Below, piece after piece: positions 50,454 through 59,485 of a stretch of DNA of 64,000 nt (position 1 is the first letter of the stretch; every line of letters starts with the position of its first letter). The notes beneath the pieces are model-generated. The model was not told the origin of the DNA. It ran no database searches and saw only the letters and a program-made list of their open reading frames with translations. This DNA is from a virus, in IMG/VR virus record IMGVR_UViG_3300047994_000025, positions 3,360 to 67,359 of that record; one strand, given 5' to 3'. Both the position numbers and the translations under genes were made by a program.

Positions 50454-52487
50454 ATGTCTGACGAAAGAACACTGCCGTACCCGCAAGACGTCGCGTATGA
50501 CTTGGAAATTTACCCGACCACGTTCACTTGCATTCTAGTTCACATCGAAACCGGGCGGCGGTGGATTTACGAAATTTCCGATCGGATAAACCAATCCGCC
50601 GAGCTATACGCGATGATTTACCACATGCGCGCTTGTAAAATGCGCATGGTCGGTTTCAACAACGTCGGGTTCGACTACCCGGTACTTCATGAGTTCATGC
50701 GGATTTTCGCAAGTCAAGGTATCGTTTACGCGCACCAGCTTTACGCAAAATCGTCTTCGATCATCCACAGTGAAAGCCGCTTCGGCTCCGTCATTTGGCC
50801 GCGCGACCGGTTCGTTCCGCAACTTGACCTTTACCTGATCCATCACTTCGACAACCCGGCGAAAACGACCAGTCTGAAGGCGCTGGAAATCAACATGCGA
50901 TCGTACACTGTCGAAGACCTTCCGTACGATCCGCTGTACGCCCTTCAAGACTTCCAAATTCCGAAGCTGATCAAGTACAACGCGCACGACGTTGACGAGA
51001 CCATCAAGTTCTATATGTACAGCCTGAAGGCTATCGAAACGCGAATGTCGCTGGTCGATAAGCTCGGCGAAGACGTGATCAATTACAACGACACGAAGAT
51101 CGGCAAAGAGTTCTTTATCGCCGAGCTTGAAAAGGCTGTTCCGGGGATTTGCTTCGATCGGTCGACCCGTAAGAAGGTGCCACGCCAGACGCCACGCCCG
51201 CACGGCATCAAGCTCGCCGATGTGATCTTCCCGTACGTTCAGTTTCAACACCCGGAATTGCAGCGTGTGCTTACCTACCTGAAGACGGTGACGATCACCA
51301 ACACGAAGTCGTCGGAAGAACTCAAAGACCTTCATGCGATCATCAACGGGTTCCGGTTTGACTTCGGCACGGGTGGTATTCACGGATCGGTCGAAAAGCG
51401 AATCATCCGGTCGTCGGACACACACATCATCGTTGACGCCGACGTCGCGTCCTTCTATCCGAACCTTGCGATCAAGAACGGCGTGTTCCCGGCGCACCTG
51501 TCGGCGGTGTTCTGCGAAGTCTATGCACAGCTTTACGAAACGCGTCAGAAATACCCGAAGAAGTCCGCGACGAACCTTCTGTACAAGCTGGCACTGAACG
51601 GCGTGTACGGCGACAGCAACAACGTTTACGGGCCGTTCCTTGACCCGCAATACACGATGACAATCACCGTCAACGGTCAGTTGCTTCTGTGCATGTGCGC
51701 CGAACTGATCATTGCCGAGTGCGACGCTGAAATGATCCAAGCAAATACCGATGGCTTCACGGTTCGCATCCCCCGTGACAAGCGCGCCCGGTACGATGAA
51801 ATTTGCCAATGGTGGCAAGACCTGACCAAGTTGACGCTTGAATTCGTGGACTATGAATCGATGTTCATCCGCGACGTGAATTCATATATCGCGAAGTCAA
51901 CGAAGGGTAAGATCAAGCGCGTCGGCGCGTACCAGTACGTCACGCCGGTCGATCAGGAAGCCTTTGCGGCGACACCGGAACGCGGTTGGCACCAAGACCA
52001 CAGCGCCATGATTGTACCGAAGGCGGCGGAAGCGCACATGCTGACCGGCGTCGACATCGAACAGTATATTCGCGCGCACACCGACGCGTTTGATTTCATG
52101 ATGCGCGTCAAGGTTCCGCGTTCATCAAAGCTGTTACTTGTCGATCAGGTGAACACGGTCACCGAGACCCGCGAAACTGAAACGGTGAACGGGTATGTGA
52201 TCACCGAAGACGTCGAAGTACCTGTCGAACGGCAAGTGCAGAACATTTGCCGGTACTACGTGGCGCACACGAACGACAAGCTTGTGAAGGTCATGCCACC
52301 GACCCCGAAGGCACCGGAGAAGGAACGCCGGATCGGTGTCGAAGCCGCATGGAACGTCAAGATTTGCAACACCCTTGACGAATGGGACTGGTGGAACGTC
52401 GATTACCGCTACTATGTCGAAGAGGCGAAGAAGCTGGTATTGACAGATGACACCAAACGCATCTATTACGACCTATTCGCAGCGTAA
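50454..52487 (+). CDS. Family B DNA polymerase
   Basis: Exonuclease YDLE, GFNNVGFD, YNAHDV; polymerase DADVASFYP, KLALNGVYG, NTDG. Confidence 0.92.
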   Translation: MSDERTLPYPQDVAYDLEIYPTTFTCILVHIETGRRWIYEISDRINQSAELYAMIYHMRACKMRMVGFNNVGFDYPVLHEFMRIFASQGIVYAHQLYAKSSSIIHSESRFGSVIWPRDRFVPQLDLYLIHHFDNPAKTTSLKALEINMRSYTVEDLPYDPLYALQDFQIPKLIKYNAHDVDETIKFYMYSLKAIETRMSLVDKLGEDVINYNDTKIGKEFFIAELEKAVPGICFDRSTRKKVPRQTPRPHGIKLADVIFPYVQFQHPELQRVLTYLKTVTITNTKSSEELKDLHAIINGFRFDFGTGGIHGSVEKRIIRSSDTHIIVDADVASFYPNLAIKNGVFPAHLSAVFCEVYAQLYETRQKYPKKSATNLLYKLALNGVYGDSNNVYGPFLDPQYTMTITVNGQLLLCMCAELIIAECDAEMIQANTDGFTVRIPRDKRARYDEICQWWQDLTKLTLEFVDYESMFIRDVNSYIAKSTKGKIKRVGAYQYVTPVDQEAFAATPERGWHQDHSAMIVPKAAEAHMLTGVDIEQYIRAHTDAFDFMMRVKVPRSSKLLLVDQVNTVTETRETETVNGYVITEDVEVPVERQVQNICRYYVAHTNDKLVKVMPPTPKAPEKERRIGVEAAWNVKICNTLDEWDWWNVDYRYYVEEAKKLVLTDDTKRIYYDLFAA

Positions 52488-52501
52488 CGGAGAAATGAAT
52501 T

Positions 52502-53008
52502 TTGGGTTTGCCGGGTGTTTCAGTCAAGACTTGCGCACAGTGCGGGGTTTCGAAACCACTCGGTGAATACTATAAACAGGGCGAAAACAGACGTCGTGCC
52601 GTTTGTGTAAATTGCTACGCTTCCCGTAATCAAATTATGAGAAGAAAGCACATATCGAAACGGATTTCTTACGACAGATCGCGCGGGAGTGGTTGGGAAA
52701 GAAACGGGCGCGACAAGTGGGAACTTTCGGAGCGCGACAAACATGACAAGTACCTGAAGCGAACTTATGGTATTTCGATTGAAGAATTTGAAGCGATGTT
52801 CGAAGCACAGGGTAAGGTTTGTGCGATCTGTCGGGACAACTGTAATAGAAGCACATCGGAAAGGCTTTGCGTTGATCACGACCATGTTACTGGCGAAATT
52901 CGCGGATTGCTTTGTTTCCAATGTAACGTCGGGTTAGGTAAGTTCAGGGACGACAGTCAGTTACTTGAACAAGCATCTGATTATCTTAAACGGAGTAGAA
53001 CGAAATGA
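52502..53008 (+). CDS. Endonuclease VII-family (homing-type) nuclease
   Basis: YGISIEEF..M...Q...CAIC, VDHDHVTGEIRGLLCFQCNVGLG; lower GC than neighbours. Confidence 0.9.
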   Translation: MGLPGVSVKTCAQCGVSKPLGEYYKQGENRRRAVCVNCYASRNQIMRRKHISKRISYDRSRGSGWERNGRDKWELSERDKHDKYLKRTYGISIEEFEAMFEAQGKVCAICRDNCNRSTSERLCVDHDHVTGEIRGLLCFQCNVGLGKFRDDSQLLEQASDYLKRSRTK

Positions 53009-53361
53009 GAATATACCTAGCAGGGCCGATGAGCGGTATCCCGCTTTTCAATTTTCCCGCCTTCCACAAAGCCGCCGCCGAGCTTCGCGCCGGTGGTCAT
53101 GAGGTATTCAACCCGGCTGAAGCGGATATCGAACGTTCGGGTGTCGATCCGTCTGTTCTGAACCCGGAAGGTGATCCGAACGGATCGACGTCCACAATCC
53201 CCGGCCTTTCGCGCCGTGAATGCCTTGCCGCCGATATGCAATGGATCGCCACGCACGCCGAAGCAATCGCCCTTCTTCCGGGTTGGATGAATTCAAGCGG
53301 CGCACGGGCGGAACTGGCACTTGCCGACGCACTCGGTCTGACGGTGATCCGCCTTGGTTGA
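53005..53361 (+). CDS. DUF4406 / nucleoside deoxyribosyltransferase-like protein
   Basis: RIYLAGPMSG...NFPAF...FNPAE...LPGWMNSSGARAE. Confidence 0.85.
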   Translation: MRIYLAGPMSGIPLFNFPAFHKAAAELRAGGHEVFNPAEADIERSGVDPSVLNPEGDPNGSTSTIPGLSRRECLAADMQWIATHAEAIALLPGWMNSSGARAELALADALGLTVIRLG

Positions 53362-53556
53362 ATACATCCACAGTGTCGGGAAAATGAAGCTTGATCTTCT
53401 GGCAATGATGCTGTCGAAGGGATGGCCCACGAACGCCTGTGTCGAACTCGCAAACGACTGCGTGAACGAAGGCAAGGTAAACACGTTTTGGCGCGGGAAG
53501 ATGGGCGACGAAGCCGCCGACGCGCTTGACAACGATCTGAAAAGGATGACGAAACA

Positions 53557-53883
53557 ATGACGCACACAAGCGACGGTCAGGCACGACCGAACAGCGGTAG
53601 CGCGGCGCTATCTGACGGTGAACTGTCGGCGGCGAAGGAACTAAACGATATCGTGGAACGTATCGAGCGACTCGAAGAAGAGAAGCGCACGATCGCCGAC
53701 GACATCAAGGACGTTTACGGCGAAGCGAAGGGTCGCGGGTACGACACCAAGGCCATTAAAACGCTGGTCAGGGAACGAAAGAAAGACGAAAACGAACGAC
53801 TCGAAGAAGAGTCAGTTCTGGATACGTATCGTTCCGCGCTTGAACGCCTGAAGGCCGGTCACCTTCCGGGTACGTCGCAATGA
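53557..53883 (+). CDS. GapR-like (DUF2312/UPF0335) DNA-binding protein
   Basis: [34 protein letters not shown]. Confidence 0.9.
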   Translation: MTHTSDGQARPNSGSAALSDGELSAAKELNDIVERIERLEEEKRTIADDIKDVYGEAKGRGYDTKAIKTLVRERKKDENERLEEESVLDTYRSALERLKAGHLPGTSQ

Positions 53884-54179
53884 GTGTGCGCGTTTACACT
53901 CTTCTGACGGATGATCAGAAGTCGCGGCTTTCCGAACTCGCCGGTCTCGTTGATCGTTCCATGTCGTACCTGATCGCGCGCGCCATTGACGAACACGTCG
54001 CCAGCGCCACACCGTCTAACAAGACGAAGGACGACGCGCCGAACAAGTTGTTCACGCGAACGACTGTTTCGGCGGCTGTGAACGTCAAGGAACGCGCCAC
54101 GCTTACCGAATGCCACGATTGGCAGATCGTCAACGCCTGTGTCGAAAGGTATCTTCAAGATGCGCTTGATCACGTTTAA
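53880..54179 (+). CDS. Ribbon-helix-helix DNA-binding protein
   Basis: [19 protein letters not shown]...[13 protein letters not shown]. Confidence 0.7.
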   Translation: MSVRVYTLLTDDQKSRLSELAGLVDRSMSYLIARAIDEHVASATPSNKTKDDAPNKLFTRTTVSAAVNVKERATLTECHDWQIVNACVERYLQDALDHV

Positions 54180-54705
54180 CGGCCCGATGCAATGCGGGAA
54201 GTCGTGGGTCGTTAAGAACCTTGTTCGCCGGTTCCCCGATGTGAACTTCATCCCGGTTTCGTTTCAGGATACGTTGGCGAAGGCCACGCAAACGCTACTC
54301 GGCGTCGAACACGTTCCGTACGAAGAGTTCAAGAAGACGCAGTATTACGGGCGGACCGGGCGTCAACACATGATCGACGTGGCGACTGAAAAGCGTCGCC
54401 ACGATCCGTACTTCTTCAGTCGAGTGATGGCGGACCGCATGCGCGCGCACCCGATCATTGCCCGGAAGAAACTGTTCGTAGCCGACTCGAACGGTTTCCC
54501 GGACGAACTCGAATTCATGCGTGTTCAGATGGATATCGATCTTCTTACTTGTTCGATCGAACCACCTGATGCGCCGGAGCGCGGTTGTCAGTATCCCGGC
54601 GATTCACGCTTCAATCTTGCGCACATGTGCACGATCATTGCGAAGGATTCAACGTTGATGCTTGACGCCGTTTCGAGCGCAATTATGCGTCGCAACTGGC
54701 ATTGA
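54160..54705 (+). CDS. Deoxynucleoside monophosphate kinase-like protein
   Basis: [33 protein letters not shown]. Confidence 0.7.
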   Translation: MRLITFNGPMQCGKSWVVKNLVRRFPDVNFIPVSFQDTLAKATQTLLGVEHVPYEEFKKTQYYGRTGRQHMIDVATEKRRHDPYFFSRVMADRMRAHPIIARKKLFVADSNGFPDELEFMRVQMDIDLLTCSIEPPDAPERGCQYPGDSRFNLAHMCTIIAKDSTLMLDAVSSAIMRRNWH

Positions 54706-54734
54706 CAGCACCGCGAATCGTGCTAGTCTTTGCG

Positions 54735-55000
54735 TATTGAGACGGAACGGATCGGCGCTAAAGGTCGGTTTTAAGGTTCCGGGTCAACTACGGTGATTGA
54801 AAGATCAACTGTGACAACGGAGAAACGTCATGTAGATCGCAACGCGGGGCGCGTCGGGACCGGAAACGGACCACCTACCTTGAAACCCTACGTATTTGAC
54901 TGAAATGGAAGCGTGAAATCCCACGCGGTAAGAAGGTGTCCGACCCGTTAACCGGGTGTCATGAGCGACCTTTCAAAGACGGATTGCGATAGTCCTTACC
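54735..55000 (+). ncRNA. Candidate structured non-coding RNA
   Basis: ORF-free gap between promoter (TTGACA 54702, TGcTAGTCT 54721) and terminator (55001); nested long-range helices and two GAAA tetraloops. Confidence 0.6.
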
Positions 55001-55038
55001 AAACCCCGGACGGGTAATGCGTTCCGGGGTTTTTCTTT
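55001..55038 (+). terminator. Rho-independent terminator
   Basis: AAACCCCGGA...TCCGGGGTTT followed by a T-run. Confidence 0.85.
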
Positions 55039-55096
55039 GTTGACAGGTGACAACGAACGACATATAAACGGGTCATCGAAACACGGAGTGACTCGC

Positions 55097-55945
55097 ATGG
55101 CATACGTTCCACACCTTTTCATCGGCGTCGGCAAAGATTATCATTTCTTCACGCTCCGTGAAACGTACCTTCACACGACGTACATTCCCGGCCCGAACGG
55201 CAACGCTGTGATGAACGGCGTGTATCAGGGAACGGCACAGACCGAAGAACGGTCTTTCCATCATTTCAACCTGTCGCAAGACCCTGACGAAGCGTACGCA
55301 AAGGCAGTTGAAGCCGCCGCGAACTTCGGTCTGAAGCTGAATTGCACGCGCGAAGAACTGACGGAACAATTGCTTGATATCCAGCGCGCCACGGCTGAAC
55401 AGCTTGCACAGCGCGAAGCGGCTCGGCTGGCACAGCAAGAATTCTGGAAACAGGAACGTGAAGCGCTTCTTGCCGAGAAGATCGCGAAGACGAACACGGG
55501 CATCTTTGCATTCGGTCGTTACACCGACAAGCCGTTCGCCGACGCCGATCCGACGTATCTCGGTTGGTTGGTCGACCAGCGCTTCGACTTCGAAGAAGGT
55601 TCGTTGCCGCGTGTGACCGCCGACGCAATCCTTCGTCTTGCCGCCGATCTGTTGCCGGTGAAGCCTGACGCGAACAAGACGGTCGGCAAGGTCGGCGAGC
55701 GCATCGACGTCACCGTCACAGTGTCCCGCGTGTTCGGTTTCTGGCGTGACTCGTATTCCGGGTACGGTCAGGAACGCGTGTACATCACGACAATGGTCAC
55801 AGACGATCGCGCTTGCGTCGTTGTCAAGTCTGGTGCATTTTGCCCTGAAGTCGGCGCGATGTTCAAGCTTCGCGGCACCGTCAAGGAACATTCGGAATAC
55901 AAGGGTCAAATGCAGACCATTCTTCAACGCGTAAAGGTAATCTAA
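55097..55945 (+). CDS. Hypothetical protein with FAFGRY motif and C-terminal OB-fold-like domain
   Basis: FAFGRY...YLGWL; GKVGER...LRGTVKEHSEYKG..QTILQR; strong promoter at 55040. Confidence 0.65.
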   Translation: MAYVPHLFIGVGKDYHFFTLRETYLHTTYIPGPNGNAVMNGVYQGTAQTEERSFHHFNLSQDPDEAYAKAVEAAANFGLKLNCTREELTEQLLDIQRATAEQLAQREAARLAQQEFWKQEREALLAEKIAKTNTGIFAFGRYTDKPFADADPTYLGWLVDQRFDFEEGSLPRVTADAILRLAADLLPVKPDANKTVGKVGERIDVTVTVSRVFGFWRDSYSGYGQERVYITTMVTDDRACVVVKSGAFCPEVGAMFKLRGTVKEHSEYKGQMQTILQRVKVI

Positions 55946-56194
55946 ATGACACGCAATCTTGCAATTGAAATGTTCGTCCACCAGCAACGTAAATCGCTGT
56001 TCATGGCGTACGTGCTGTGGTTCTTCGGCATGCATCGGTTCTACCTGTTCGGGTTTTGGCGCGGGCTGATCCACATCGCCTTGTGTTGGGTGCTGATCGG
56101 GTTGATCATTCATGCGTTCGACTTCTTCACCATGTCTTGGTTGATCGACAGCCGCGACAAGAAGCTTCGCAACAGCCTGAAGGCGGTCGCGTGA
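55946..56194 (+). CDS. TM2-domain membrane protein
   Basis: RKSLFMAYVLWFFGMHRFYL. Confidence 0.8.
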   Translation: MTRNLAIEMFVHQQRKSLFMAYVLWFFGMHRFYLFGFWRGLIHIALCWVLIGLIIHAFDFFTMSWLIDSRDKKLRNSLKAVA

Positions 56195-57257
56195 TGTTTT
56201 ACGTAGGTCGCGATAACCTTCGCATGGCAGGGTTCAAGATTTTCATCGGCGTCGTTAGGCGATCCAAGGTGAACCCCGGCGAGCATAAACACAGGCTTTG
56301 CATTTCGTTGCACGCCAGTTTCAAGTTCGGTATTGTCCTGACGGTCTATACATACCCAGCGTGGCGCGACGTGCGATCCGTGGTCGAAGAATACGAACGA
56401 ACAATGGATTGGAACCTATGAACTACGGCGATCAGTTCATGACGTGTCCCATGTGCGGCGGTCTCGCCGAGTCGGATTGTGTCGACGTCGGGGTCGGGCT
56501 TTACATCGCCGGGAACTACCATTGCGGTAAATGCGATTGGGATATCGACGGGCCGGTTCAGCCGGAACTAAAAATGGACGAAAGACCGTTCGCACCGGTG
56601 GAGTCGTACGATGATTAGATATGTCGTGCTAGACGTCGACAACGACAAGCCTGTGTCGGTTTGGGCGTATCGTGATCAGGCAGAACGGAGCGCGCTTGCA
56701 TATGAACAACGAACAGGTTTCCAAACCCGAATCATCACCGAGCGTCACACACTTCGTCGGGTTCCGTGGTGAAGAATATTGGTCGGCTGTGCGGGTGTGG
56801 GGTCTGCCTCACTACGTGCACCGGGGATGGGATTTGCGGGCGCAACGGGAAATAGCCGAAGGTGACATCGTCGTGTTTGCGTTCGGCGAGCATGATCAGG
56901 AACCGCGCGTGAAGAGTTTCAACGATCTGAACGAATGACGCTTGACGGCCAAGTCTAAACAGCTTATAACCGTTGCATCAAACCAACGGAGAACAGACCG
57001 ATGACCGTCGACATTGAAAAGATCGCTTACGAAATGGCCCGTCTTATGGCTGGTGCCAATGATGACGATTGCGGCAACTTCGCACATTTCTTCCCTAATG
57101 AAGTTTACGACGATGAAGGAAACGGCCCGATCTGGAATGCGATCTGTGATCGCGCAACCGAGCTTGTTCCGACGATCGTCGTCACCCGCGAAGAGCGTAT
57201 CGCATGGGCGAAAGCGGACCGTGAATTCAACGCCTGTGAACGCGCGGAAGGGCGCTA

Positions 57258-58481
57258 TTAACCGCGCTGAACCATTTCAGGTGACAGTGTCATTCGTGAC
57301 ACTTCGCCGAACTCCCGGTGATATACGATCGCCTTGGCGTCACGCTTCGACAACCACCCGCCGCCCGCTGCGTACGAATCAGACGGCGCAAGCGTGCGGT
57401 GGCGTTCGATCTTCATCAGGTTCGAATCCTTCGCTTCGTCGTTGTGCAAATGCCCGACGTGACCGTACGAATGCGGGCAACGACCGAAGATTTCCCGGAA
57501 CATCCCGGCGAATACCGCGTCAACGTTGTTCACCTGTCGGCGGTGTCCGTGGTGATAGAACAGCGCCGTCTTGCCGAATTCGAAGACGTAGTATTCAGCC
57601 GGAGACGTGTCGACAAACACACGCGGTTCGTCTTCGTACAGCGCGGCGAGACTTTCACGAAGCCAGCCGGACGAATACGGGTCATGGTTCGCCTTCGCCA
57701 TGACGATATGCACATGCTGATGTTTTTCGAGAAGCATCCCGATCACTCGGCGAATGGTGCGAATGATCACACGGATCATCTTTTGCGGGCGACTGTCGCC
57801 GTCGACAATGTGCTTGTGCGCTGGTGTGACGGTTTCCATACTGTCGTAATGCGCAAGGTCACCGATCTGCGCGAAAACCGCTGTGTGCGCCGCTGGCGAC
57901 ATCGCAATCGCGGCACTGAACCAATCGGTCAGAAGCTTTTCGGCGATCTGCAAATCATAATCGGCGTCTTTCGTTTCTTCCGCCCATGCGAGCATACCGA
58001 AATGAAGGTCCGTCACGGTGTACTGAACGCAAAGCTGATCGTTGACGAAGCTCGGCGCGGCAATCGCCGGTACGCGCGGGATACTCGATTTGAATTCGTC
58101 AAGACCATCACGCCACGCTTGCGCGACCGGGTCTTCGACTCGAGTCTTGACCCACTTGATAATTTCCCGCCCATCTTCGCTCACCAGCGCCGACACGCCC
58201 TTGACGACATGTCCTTCGGGAACAATAAAGCCGTCGCCGCGTTCTGGCTTCTGTTGAATGAATTTACCGTTCGGACCGCTGGTCACCTGTGCGACGCGGA
58301 ACCCCGGCATGACAGGTTCGAAGCCGAGCATCCCACGTTCGGCGCACTTCTTCAGACGCCCTTGCATCGACTGCCGGGTGATACCGAGCGCGTTCGCGGC
58401 ATGTGTGACATTCTTGTTCGCGTCGTTGAACGCGGTGACGGTTTCGACCAACTGTTCGTCGGTCAGTCTTGCATTGCTCAT
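57258..58481 (-). CDS. Calcineurin-like metallophosphoesterase with N-terminal HTH
   Basis: NVTHAANALGITRQS; TDLHFG, GDLAH, ANHD, HHGH, GHLH. Confidence 0.85.
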   Translation of the reverse strand: MSNARLTDEQLVETVTAFNDANKNVTHAANALGITRQSMQGRLKKCAERGMLGFEPVMPGFRVAQVTSGPNGKFIQQKPERGDGFIVPEGHVVKGVSALVSEDGREIIKWVKTRVEDPVAQAWRDGLDEFKSSIPRVPAIAAPSFVNDQLCVQYTVTDLHFGMLAWAEETKDADYDLQIAEKLLTDWFSAAIAMSPAAHTAVFAQIGDLAHYDSMETVTPAHKHIVDGDSRPQKMIRVIIRTIRRVIGMLLEKHQHVHIVMAKANHDPYSSGWLRESLAALYEDEPRVFVDTSPAEYYVFEFGKTALFYHHGHRRQVNNVDAVFAGMFREIFGRCPHSYGHVGHLHNDEAKDSNLMKIERHRTLAPSDSYAAGGGWLSKRDAKAIVYHREFGEVSRMTLSPEMVQRG

Positions 58482-58686
58482 GTTGATTGCCCCAACCACT
58501 TGTCACGTAATTTTTTCGGGAGAACCATCGATCGAACATAACAGTTGTTCGCGTCAAAGATCGCGACGAATACGTTCGAAGCGCCTTCGGTTTCGACGGT
58601 TGATGTCGTCTCGGTAACGGTGCGAATGTACGCCAGATTGTTCTTTTCAAGCAACCGGATCACATCGGCGTCATTCACACATGCGT

Positions 58687-59118
58687 TCATTCGGAGACCG
58701 TAAATTCGATCGGCGGCGAGTTCACGACGATTGGCCATCCGACTTTATGCAGGAAGTTGCAATAATAGTTCAATGTCACTTCGTACCACGCGCGACCGAT
58801 AGCGGCGTTTTCGGGAACGGTGATTGATCGTTGATAGGTCTCCCGGCCTGCCAAGAGCTTCATACCGACCGTATAAGACGGGATGGCGTGCTTTATACCT
58901 TCCGCATCAATGACCCATCGTTTCGCGACGGTCGGGCAAATGCGGGTTCGGAACACTTGGAATTCCACATCCAAGTTCCCGCCGCGCTTGACGGTCGGCT
59001 GAATGGCCCGTGCGCCTTCGTACGTGATCGGTGGCGTTCTGTCGATCGCCATCATTGTGAAAGAGAAGCTTCCGAAAGAAGCCATGATGCACACGACAAC
59101 CGCAAGAACTGTTCTCAT
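58687..59118 (-). CDS. Membrane-anchored hypothetical protein of the lysis region
   Basis: N-terminal hydrophobic helix MRTVLAVVVCIMASF; coupled to the upstream gene. Confidence 0.6.
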   Translation of the reverse strand: MRTVLAVVVCIMASFGSFSFTMMAIDRTPPITYEGARAIQPTVKRGGNLDVEFQVFRTRICPTVAKRWVIDAEGIKHAIPSYTVGMKLLAGRETYQRSITVPENAAIGRAWYEVTLNYYCNFLHKVGWPIVVNSPPIEFTVSE

Positions 59119-59435
59119 TTCGGCCCACCTGTGAGAAACAAAGCTTTGAACGCAGCCGCCGCACTGGCACCCGCAATCACAGCACCCATCAACCACATGC
59201 CAAAACGCCCGAAGCGCTTCATCGTTCGAAGATTTTCAAGACTTTCGTTGATAATCTTCAAGTCTTCCATCGTGAAACGTTTCACGACGAATTCAAGCTT
59301 TTCGCGCTCCGTGGCGTCAAGGTTCGCCAGCATTTCCAGATTGGGAATTTCGGTGTCACGAACGCCCGCCAAGAAAAGGCGCATGGTCTCGCTAAGGTCT
59401 GGCAATCTGTGCGGAAGAGAAGGGTTCGATTCCAT
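59115..59435 (-). CDS. Small membrane protein with one C-terminal TM helix
   Basis: RFGMWLMGAVIAGASAAAAFKALF. Confidence 0.55.
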   Translation of the reverse strand: MESNPSLPHRLPDLSETMRLFLAGVRDTEIPNLEMLANLDATEREKLEFVVKRFTMEDLKIINESLENLRTMKRFGRFGMWLMGAVIAGASAAAAFKALFLTGGPK

Positions 59436-59485
59436 ATCGCCATACTGTCGGTGCAAAGAAACGTTCATGCACGTGACCTTATCGG

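Noticed and set aside
52140-52235. T/E/V-rich segment in the polymerase as an intein or intron
   Set aside because: About 30 aa, in frame, with no intein terminal residues or splice signatures
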